Origin: Azolla caroliniana
Taxonomy: Eukaryota; Plantae; Polypodiophyta
Assembly: GCA_043228905.1 (NCBI GenBank)
Contig: JBHGNT010000017.1
Span: forward strand, 15,686,001 to 15,750,000
Length of the DNA: 64,000 nt
Reading direction: 5' to 3'
Part shown: positions 35,060-45,800 of the stretch, piece after piece
Position numbering within the stretch: the stretch's first letter is position 1
Layout of the letters: every line of letters starts with the position of its first letter
Program-made: the position numbers and the translations under genes
Notes under the pieces: model-generated
Database searches by the model: none
Seen by the model: the letters and a program-made list of their open reading frames with translations, nothing else
Told to the model about the DNA's origin: nothing

Positions 35060-36686
35060 AACATTCTTGATCTCTCCCTTTTTTGCAGTTTTCATTGTTG
35101 AAGGAACAATTCAATACAACAACATGGTTGTGTGACTGTTTTTTGTATATTCTAAAACTAGAAGTCGAGGCGGTTGTTTTCAGAGGTGCAAATAAGATAA
35201 AGATATGAACCAGATAAGTAAGATAAAAAACCAAACAAGCTAACATAGAATTGGGACTTATATTGCTTATAGAAATTTGATATAGCATCCAACATGGTTT
35301 GACATGCATCAAAGGTTGTTGATGAGGTGTCGAAACATTCCAGTGGAAGCTCACATTCCTCGTCATAAAACAATTGCAATCATGTGCATGTCTTTAGAAA
35401 AAAGAATGATAAAGTTGCAAAACGACGTAAATGATGGCAATGAAGGGAAATGATGTTCCAACATGTGGTGGATTTGCAAGCAATGGAGATCAAATGCTTG
35501 AAAGAAGAGTCACTTGCTATGAAGAAAATAACATTGCAAATCCAAGATGCTCGCATGTCTAAATTAGAGACCAAAATAACAACATTACAAGTCAAGAAAG
35601 AATCATTAATAAAAGCAAATGTTGAGATGAAATATGGCCTTAGGCAAAAGAATATGCAATCATCCCCATTAGTTTTAGAGACTTTGGCAATGGTGGATGA
35701 GGACATATCGGTCGGTCAAGAAAGGGCCATCATCGAAGAGTTGTGCTCAAACCAAAGTAAGACCCAAGAGACAGAAGGTGATGGCAAGGAAGTGAAGGTC
35801 AAAGCCTATGCGAAGGGCAAAGAGGCTAAATAGGTCACCATGGTGCACGAAAAGGGCTAAGCAGTTTGGGCGAGTTCAAAGGGTGTTCCTTTGGATGTGG
35901 TCGTGACATCCAACTTGAAGGTGGACACTATCACAAAGATTGAAGGAACGAAGGTCAACTTTAACGCGAGAGGATACCACGAAATAGGGTGAAATGGGAA
36001 ACATGCAATGTGGTCGTCTAAGGTCTCAAATGGGAGCATGTACTTGAAGAAGGGGCTACAAGGAGTAGTCAAAGTCAGTATTCAAATGGGGCCTAATGAT
36101 GGCAAGAGCGGATTGACGGAAGAAGGAAGATTGAAGTGCCTTGACCAAGGGGATGGTAGGAATGAGGGTGGCATATGTTTGGTGCGTGAAGGGTTATGCT
36201 CAGGGAAAGTGAAGCCTCGTTTTTTATAAAAGGAAGAGAAGAGGGCTCATTTGGGGTTGGTCATTTGTGTTTTAGGGGTGCACCATTAGGGTTGTGTGAT
36301 GCTTTTCTTCTTCTCCTCCTCAACGTACATGAGGTCTTGGGGTGGTGCCTAGAATGGCTCCACCCCCCTCCCAAGGGGGTTCAACATTAAGGGGAGAGAG
36401 AGAGAGAGAGAAAATGTTCATTCCTATTTCATTCATTCCCCATAAGGGGTTAAATAGTACAAGAGGGGGTAGATACATAGGGGTGTAAGCCCCCTCGAGC
36501 ATTCATACTGGACACTCACTCACACCTCCTCGTATCCATCCACATGCACACACGTGTGCATGTGTTCACATACGTATAGACTCATGATTACATTTATGCC
36601 CCCTACACACACACAACAATCATCATGATAACATTTGACCCTCGCTCATCACATTGACTCTCCGTACATCTCGTACGGGGTAACAG
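35060..36686 (+). mobile_element. Decayed retroelement-like sequence (gag-like coiled ORF 35450-35833 and an LTR-like segment ending CGGGGTAACA)
   Basis: TATAAAAGG near 36225, GA tract and LTR-like terminus at 36686; no diagnostic domain recognised. Confidence 0.3.
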
Positions 36687-36894
36687 TTCTTAGTGTTTGT
36701 TCTTCTTGTTCTCATGCATACCTTGAGACCGATTCTCTAGCAAGCACCATTACATGCTGGTGAATTCAATGAGAGGTTCGGCAAGCTCGCACATTGGTCG
36801 TTCGAAGGGAGGAACACTACTTTGATTCGAGGCATTGTAGTTGTCGAAGGTAGTCACGGTCTTGACGGCCCACTCGACTCACCTACACCGAGAG

Positions 36895-37161
36895 TTTCAG
36901 ATGGCATAGGGAGCATATCTCCAACATTTGCTACTTGGTCATCAGAAAAGTGTTGATACTCGGTCATCAGAAAAGTGCCATTAGCTTTCCAAATTTGATA
37001 TGCAGGTTATAAAGGTGTTGTAGTAATTCATCCAACCTCAACTTACAAGCTATCTTTGAGGAGAAGTATGAAAAAATTCTCTTCGGATTTAGTGTCACTT
37101 GATATACTTGAATGGAGTTGCTTTCTTCCATGCTACTTAAATCGCCAAATAATAACCCTCT
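36895..37161 (+). pseudogene. Partial duplicate of RDR exon 2 (copy of 31377-31643)
   Basis: Colinear 267-bp match; about 23 substitutions plus a 14-bp replaced patch, counted by eye; two in-frame TGA stops. Confidence 0.95.
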
Positions 37162-37790
37162 AAGGTATGCATCATAATGTGTAGGGTTGGGTTTATTACG
37201 GAGCAAACCAGGTAAGACTTGCTTCCATGCCGAAAAGGCAGTTTGAATAAATTTGTCCTCTCGTTGATGGGATAAAGGTACTCTGAACCCTTCCCTAAAT
37301 ATCCAATTTACATCCTTCAACTAAGGTGGTGCACCTAAGCGAGGAAAGCATTCCAAACAATGGTCAAGCAACACTACTTTCCATATCTCCAGCTCGGAGT
37401 GAATCTTCTAATAATCAACTTAATGTTAATAATGCTTTTGGCTTGTCTACTGGATCAATAATGATACCTAGGTCCTCAATCTGAGTGAGGTAAGGTAAAT
37501 AACATTCCATTTTACTTTGGACCAAGCATTGGCCGCCCTCCCATTTGATGGGACCACAAGAACTTTCAAATCAATCTCCATATATATGCAAGAGGATGCG
37601 TGGCTTGTGGAAAAGATCTAACAACATGATAGAACATAACATACCATGGTGTGTTGCCAACAATACTTGGTTGTCAACTACAATCTGTCCGGCGAAAGAC
37701 AAGATTGGGCTGAACTCTTCGTAATAACAAACTTTTTCGGTAATGTCAATAAGAGGGAGGTGCCACTTGATTTTCTACTGATAAATCAAT
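37162..37790 (-). mobile_element. L1-like LINE ORF2 internal fragment (post-RT region)
   Basis: Minus strand gives LSFAGQIVVDNQVL..., KFLWS, KVKWNVI, IIDP...KALL, matching the L1 'LSLAGR...FLW...KVAW...GGLGI' region; frameshifted. Confidence 0.7.
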
Positions 37791-37792
37791 AC

Positions 37793-38120
37793 CTATTATT
37801 TAGTTTATTGGAAAAAAATAAATAAAAAAATACATACATATTATTCAGTATTTTGGAAAAAAATAAAAAAAAAGACATATTATTCAATTTTTTGGAAAAA
37901 TAAAAATAAAAATACATACATATTATTCATTTTTTGGAAACCTATTATTCAGATTTTTGGAAAAAAACAAACAAACATATTATTCAGTTTTTTTGGTAAA
38001 AGATAAAAAAAAAATACAGTTTTTTGGAAAAAAATAAATACAAAAAATACAAACATATTATTCAGTTTTTTGGTAAAAGATAAATAAAAAATTAACCTTA
38101 TTATTCAGATTTTTGGGATT
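37793..38120. repeat. AT-rich degenerate tandem array, core TATTATTCAGTTTTTGGAAAAA (about 8-9 units)
   Basis: Core motif recurs every 20-50 bp, separated by A-rich spacers, just upstream of the copine leader. Confidence 0.85.
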
Positions 38121-39800
38121 TTTTTTATTTTTTATTTTATTTTACCTCTTATGTATTCATTTGGTCTTTTTCTTTGGTTCCATAGCTCTTCTTCTTCTTC
38201 TTCTTCTTCTTCTTCTGTGCTCTCTTTTTTGTTCTGAAGTTTTGTGAACCTTCCGCGTTCTTCCTCCATTCTCTGCAATTCGACCGGATCTTCCCTCGAA
38301 GAGCAGGAAATCAGTTCCGATACTCGACGGCAACATCCTGCTGCTTTCTTGGCTTCCATCGCTCCCTTCTCCCAATTCCTGTGAGCTCTGCGACTACTGC
38401 TGTTACTGCTGTTCAGAAGGCTGTTTTTTGCCGTAATTCTATTCTTCCATATCTATTCCCTTCCTGGCATAACCGCAGAAACGAAATTCGAGCGGAGATA
38501 GAGACCGAGAGACTTCACCTTATCTTCAGGTTCACACACTTTATACCGTTCTACCTACTCAAAGGGATATTTCTTAACGGTTTCTTTGCCTCATTTTGTG
38601 CAATGTAGCATAACGTGTGCACACACTTGCTCTTTTTTGATGTAAAGATGCATGGATAAAAGATCAAGAATTTGCCTTACAGCTGGAAGGACCAAGATTT
38701 GGAGTAGAATCTCTAGCTCATTTTCTGGAAATGCATGAATATAGAGATGTTTTTGGCTGTAAATGCCCTGGAGTGAAATATCATCAAGGTCTTACCATAT
38801 AATTGAATTTAATGTATATTTATGGAAGGGAATGTATATGCTGGTTTTCTTTACTGTAGATAGTAACGGATAAAGGATTACAGGCTTTTGTTTTACCATA
38901 TAGTTAAAAGGATCGACATTTCGATTAAAACCTTTGCTATTTGACAGAAAATGCAAGGATATATTGTTTTTTTTAATTGGATGAGAGTTCAAAATATTGC
39001 CATATTGTTGAAGAACCAAGATTAGGACTAGAACCTTACTTTTTTTGCAGAAAGGCACGCATATACTGGCTAATTTGGATGTAAAGTTTTAAGGGGAATG
39101 GCTAGAAGATAAAGTTTTGCAGTTTCGATTGAGGAACAGAGATTTTGCATCTTAGGTACGGATATAGTGATTGTTCTTGCTTTGAAAAGGAATGGATAGA
39201 ATGACCCTTCTATCACATAGTTGAAGAAAGTTTTAGCTGGTACGCCGTCTTTTTTGCAGAAAAACATGCTCCCACTGGTTTTTTGGCTGTTAATAAGCAT
39301 TGATAGAAGATTGCATTTTACTATATAGTTGAATAAAGATCAAGAAGCATCTTAGCACTTTTGCAGAAAGGTGTGCATAGATTGGTTCGGTTGCACCTTA
39401 TAGTTGAAGAACTAAGTTTTTTCGAGTACTTGCCTCTTTTGCATGCATATGATGGGTTGTTTTTGCAAAAACAGGATTTGATAGAAGATTGAGATTTTTT
39501 TGTATTACTGAAAAAGGATTATTTTTTATAGCATCTCAGATCTGATGTAGAAACGTATATGGTAATGAATAAGGGTCATGAATTTTCCATATAGTTGAAG
39601 GATCCTGATTTTGACTAGCATCTTGGATCTTTTACTGAAATGCACACATTTATAGGTAGATGAAGATTTTATGATATAGTTTAAAAACTAAGATTATGAA
39701 TGTCGTCTTCACTCATTTGCAGGAACAGAGCCGATTGTGATTTTTTCTGCATAATATGACCTGCTTCGAACAAACGCAATAATCTCACCACAAAAAAAAC

Positions 39801-42800
39801 ATGGGGGTATGCTTTTCTAACACAGTAGATGGGAGGAATTCAATTGGAGGTATTGAAGATCAAAATGGAGGGGGTACTTTGGAAGCTGTACAGATGCTAC
39901 ATGGTGCCCGTCGCTTGTCATCACAACTTGAAGTAAGTACTACTTCTTTATATATTTTGCACACACGTTACAATTCTCTCTTAACATAGGTGAGTATGGA
40001 ATAATCTGGGTTTTATGTCCCCTTATCGAATCCACAACCTGCACATAACACATGACACATGACACATGACACAGGTTCAAAGTTTACATTTAGTTGAGTG
40101 TTGTCAGAGGTAAGATCCCCAGCCACATAATTTTCACCTTCAAGATGAAAAGAAATGGTATAGTTTTTATATTCTACAGACAAAAATCTGTCTTACTAAA
40201 CATGCCTAAAATAATCTCTAGAAGCCGTATTGACATTAAACAGAAGTTGAAACTTTATGGTGCCGCCAAACAGAAAGTTTGAGCTGTGAAACCATATGAT
40301 CTCTCAGTTTCCAGCTATGGTACATATCAGAAAACATAATTGTGTTCAGCGGCGGTTTCTGGAGATTTAGTTCTTGAACCACATATGCACAGGCCATTAT
40401 CAAACAAAATCTGAACGCCGTGACCATCTAGATCTCGATCAACATTCATGGGATGAAGTTGGCAAATGTGTTTGGTCTAAGACAACAATGAGGTGTAGGT
40501 GCATTCAATTGATGAATATTTTAATTCCTAGACCACATGTGAAAAAGATAATTTATGATTAGATCTGTTACTAAACAAAATCCAAGTGGTTTGACCATTT
40601 ATATATCCATTGACATTCATGAGATCAAGCAGAAAAACCAGGTTTGATCAAAGAAAACTATGACATCTATGTTTTCACTTGATGAATTTCTGAAATTAAC
40701 ATGAGCAGACTTTAATTTTCCGTAATGTGTTCAGAAGTTCCTGTGGTATAAGGCCCCTTCTTACATAGAAAATCCTTGTCACCATGGAAATGATCTTTGA
40801 TGACAGCTGAAACATCATTTTTCTTCCAATCCTCCCCTTGGAATTTGGTTTGTTTATTTCTGAGATGCTTCTGTGGACTGACTTAAAGCTGTGCGAATGC
40901 TGCACAGTGGGATGCTTATTCCCCTGTTTGAATGCTATGCAAAACTATCGTTTTAACCATATTTATAAGTATCCGTCAATGAGTCCACGGGATTGCACAA
41001 ATCCTCATTTTGGTATTTGGCAGCAATCCGTTCAAGTATAATATATTCACAACTATTTTAGGGTTTTCCAAGGCAATTGTTTTATGAAGGGAATCAAGGT
41101 TTTCCATGCCCATGTCTAATTTAAATAGATTTTGAAACATTCAATTCTTTCTGCTTGCACAAGACATGCACGAGTAATAGATTGCAATTTCTCGAAACTA
41201 TACTCATACATATGCAGTGAATGTGGATATCTGACTGACTCACCTTCCAACCATAGAGCCAATACAGGTTCATTCCAATCTAGGAGCTAGCAGTTGGTCT
41301 CTATTTTTATGAGATTACCTAACCTCTCTTTAATAACGAGCACTAGTGCATGTTGAAAGTCACTGTGCGCCTCTGATACTGCTATGATATACGCACCAAA
41401 CCTCACAATATTCAATCATAGAATTAGTATTTCTTTATAGGTTTTATGATTTAGGGCTCATGGGCTACTTACTGATACTCGTTACTGTCAAAGGTGGACA
41501 CTGATCACGGTGATGAACTCCGCAAAATTTTGCATTTTGATAGCAGATGTAGGTTTTCGAATATATCAGGGTACATAACCAGCAAGTGAAAGACTATGCC
41601 AAGTTTAGCATACAACTTTGAATATCATAAAGAAGAAGGAAGATTCTGATATTCTTTACAGATTTTAGGAAGGTTTATGCCTAAAACTGTTGAAACTTAA
41701 AGGTTTAGTTTAGTTTGGGATTTACTGTGATGATGATCATTCTGAGGTATGATGCAAAATTGGTGCATAAATTTCAGAACAAACCAAGGCTGTAAACCAT
41801 GCATTTAGCCAATGCTTGAGCTATTATGGTATGATGTCATGCTTCTTTTCAAGTATAGCAGTTCCACTCACAGGTGTTAAGCATTCTGATGTATTTCTCT
41901 GGTTATATTTTCCTGTTTGATAAGCACACGTTCTTTACTGATTAGTTCCTTCTTATGCAGTTGTCGATATCTGCCTCCAAGTTGCGGGACAGAGATGTCA
42001 TGTCAAAGGTAAATGCATTCAGAAAAGAACATATTAATATAAAAGAGTGTTGTATTGATGTTGTCAGAAAAAAACCTTGTTTTATGTAAAATATATAAAT
42101 ATTAAGTGGATTGCCAAATGTACAGAGTGATCCTATGGCTGTCGCATATCTTAAAAGAATTAATGGAACTTTGGAGGAGCTTGGCAGAACAGAAGTCTGT
42201 TTGAATTCCTTGGATCCTAGTTGGGTTACGAAGATACGGGTTTTGTACTGTTTCGAAGAACTTCAGGTGTTGCTGTACGTGACATGAAAATCTCTTCAGA
42301 TTTCCAATAATTCTATCACTATCTGTTTCCTATGCCTTACTTTTTTTTTTTTCTTTTTTGTTTGACACAGGTTTAGAGTTTATGACGTGGATACAAATTT
42401 CAAGGATGTTCAAACTAAGGTGATAAGATGGCTGATTTTGAATATCATTGGATGGTACCACTATCCCTCCTACTAGGAATCGGCAACGGTTCGGTTTTGG
42501 CTTGGCCTTGTCCAAACCAAACCGGTTTGAGAGTTTTCAAACTTGAACCGGACCAGTTAAGGCTAAGCGGTTTGGCCAAATTGGTTAACTCTAAACCAGT
42601 TTAGTAACTGGTTTGTCCTAACGGTTTAAGCCTTACCCGGTTTAGGAACTGGGTTGGCCCTAAACGGTTCGGTGTGGCTTGAGCCTTGCCAAACCGAACT
42701 CAAACCGGTTAAGGAGGCTCAAGCCTAACCGTTTATAAATGGTGTAACAGTTTGGTTTAGGCTTGAGTTGAGCCGTTGCCGATTCCTACCTCCTATGTAT

Positions 42801-45800
42801 GAAAATCTGTGTATGATGCGTAGGAAATATTAAAGGACTATGGCTATTCTGTTTCGTTGAGTAGCCAGAAATTTGCACTAATATTTTCATTTATTTATCA
42901 TTGATGTTTATTGATTTATCTCAAGGAAGTATTAAGGACTATGGCTATTCTGTTTCCTTGAGTAGACAAAAGTTTGTGCACTAATATTATCACAGGAAAT
43001 GAAAGCAGCTGGTTGACGCACTATTTGTGTTACAGCGTAACCGTGATAATCTTATCCCTGTTGATCATCAAGCCTGTTATTACACTGGCTTCGGGATAGT
43101 TCTATACTGACCCAATTTCTTGTATCATCAAGCCCAATACCAAACTAGTAATGTACATGCCTTCCGTTTTTATATCATTAATATTTTCTCAGTTCTTAGT
43201 GATTAGTAAATTGTCAGTTATCTTAAGGTTGGTCCCCATGCCTGTCAAAATTTCGTGCGTCTTCTCAACTTTTGCATAAAGTTATTTGACTCTCTTACAT
43301 GCATTCAAAGGATGATCGAAGAATATAAAGAACTGTTTGATATTAAGATGACCATAATCTCCTTCCACACGTCCTTTAGCTCTTCTTTGGGGTTGATTTT
43401 TGTTACTTGCATTGACGAGTTAACACAACCAGTCTTATCTTTAATGGGTTTAATAGGCCAGTATGGTATTTTGGAAGTGCTATTATCTTTCTTTCTCTAC
43501 TTTTTATGCAGTCAAAATAAAACTCTGTTTAGCCCCTCTGCATTAATGTAGATTGTCAAAGGTTTTATCAAAGTTCAGAGTCCTAAATTGCTCTAGCTAC
43601 GGCAACAATGGTGGTAAAGCTTCGTTGGTCTTTAAAAGCCATTTACTCAACTTGGATTCAGGATTAAAGTATATCTTAGCCGTGTTCAATTATAAAAATA
43701 TACTATTAGAATACCTAAATTTTCTATTAAAATGGTTTATAATCAGTGGCCTTGCAGTATGCTGTGATATGCATGTAATGCCATGTTAAACTAATTGGAA
43801 TACTTATGAGACTGAAAGTGCAGTTATATTCTGAATATGTTTTGTATTTATATCTAATGCTTGTTTCGTTTTAAATGCTATTTATATCTAATATATATGC
43901 ATAAATCTTTGATCGATACAGCTAGTTTAATTCACGCATGTCTAATATAATAAGTCCAACTCCTTGATAGTTTGATGTTTAACAATTGGCTTCAAATATT
44001 AGGCTGTTCCGTTATTCTTAATTTTTGCTAATTGTGTGTACGTGTCGATTTCAGGATATTTTACTTTCACAGCAGCATTTTCTTGGGGAAATGGAGTGTG
44101 TTTTGTCAGAGGTATTGTAGACATATGATGTTTTTGAATTCTACTTCAGTGAGAATTCTATTAGATGTTGTGAATTATGAGATAATAGAGAAAGACATCT
44201 ATAGTCTCACAAATTTGAACTTAATCTTTCACCATCGATCAGAAAGTATTACACCACCAAAGATCTTATTAAATCTTGGAGATTCAAATGTAAGATATAA
44301 TGCGTTCTTATCCTACTTTGTATGTAATGATTTTAGGAATTTTTACTCTGATGTTATTATGACATGCTAAACAAAATGTACTAGTTACTACTCAAGTGAT
44401 TTATTCTTGATGAAAGAATATTCAAATTGGAAATCCCATAAATATTGAAGCTAGACCTTAGCAATCTTTCATGCCTCCATGTTGTTTAGAAGTTTGACAA
44501 GAACCTGCAGCTTCTTCGCCCAAATACTTTAAAACCCTTCTCTCAAATAGAAAGTGAACTTTGATATTAGCTTCTAGCATGTCATATTCCTTGTGAGGTT
44601 AGTTTCCTTAATCCATCATATGGAGCTATTTAAGTCTTAACTCTTAAATCTTTTATGGCTTTTGTACTTTAGTGAAGAAGTCTGATCCCCGTTGCCTTTC
44701 TTTGTCTTCATGAAACCATTGATTTTTCTTGTATTTATGCAGAGATCATGAAGGATCTAATAGGATTCTACCACGCTTGTTTTTTGGCTATAAAGAATGG
44801 TAGCTTTGCAATCAAAGTAATCTTCTTACATTCAACGAAGTAAACCTTGTAAGGTCACTAGCATAGATTGACACATTAATAGATTATAGAAATATGATTA
44901 GTGTCAAGTCCCCTTTTTAGTGTCAAATAAAAATATCCACAAAATCAGGAGACTAAAAAGGGGGGAGTTTATGAACCTTTATTTTATTTTATATTTAAAA
45001 AAAACGAATCTTTTTACATCTATTATAGAAACATGATTAGTGTCAAGTCCCCTTTTTAATATCAGATAAAAATATCCACAATATATGGGAGACTAAAAGG
45101 GGGGAGTTAATGAACCTTTATTTAATTTAATTTAATTTATTAATTTATTATTAAAAAAACAAATACTTTTAGATCTATTATAAAACTATGATCAGTGTCA
45201 AGTCCCCTTTTTATTGTCAAGTAAAAATATCCACTGGGAGACTGAAAAGGAGGGAGTTTATGAACCTTTTTTTAAACGGATATTTTTTCATGCATTTGTA
45301 TTTGTATTCATATGAATTTGTGGGGGAGGCCCCATGAATGCGAATATGTCAATCTATGGTCACTAGTAAAGAAGATCACATGTGTTTGAATTTAGTTAGA
45401 CAACCCTTTCATTATTTGTAAGGCACTTTCTTTAGATAATCCATGATTATTGCCCTGGTTATCACACATGAACAATTAATGAACCTTTTTGCATTTCTTA
45501 TCAGTGTCATTCATGAGAAATACTTTCAACCAATTCTCATGATTTCCTCCATTAATTTTCTTTCATTAGAATTTTTATAAATGACCTCTTTTGTTCCTCA
45601 CATTCCATGGATTACACAAATGAGAGGATGTAATGTATATTTAACCTGGAAACCTACATATCACTGTCCTCTTTAGAGGAGCCAACCAAGAGGAAGAACT
45701 ACAGCCAGCGGCACTTTAACAGCATACCTTTCGGAGGGGTCTACATGATATAGACTTTCACATGGACAGCTCTCAATGTCATTGGATACATGGCTCTTCA

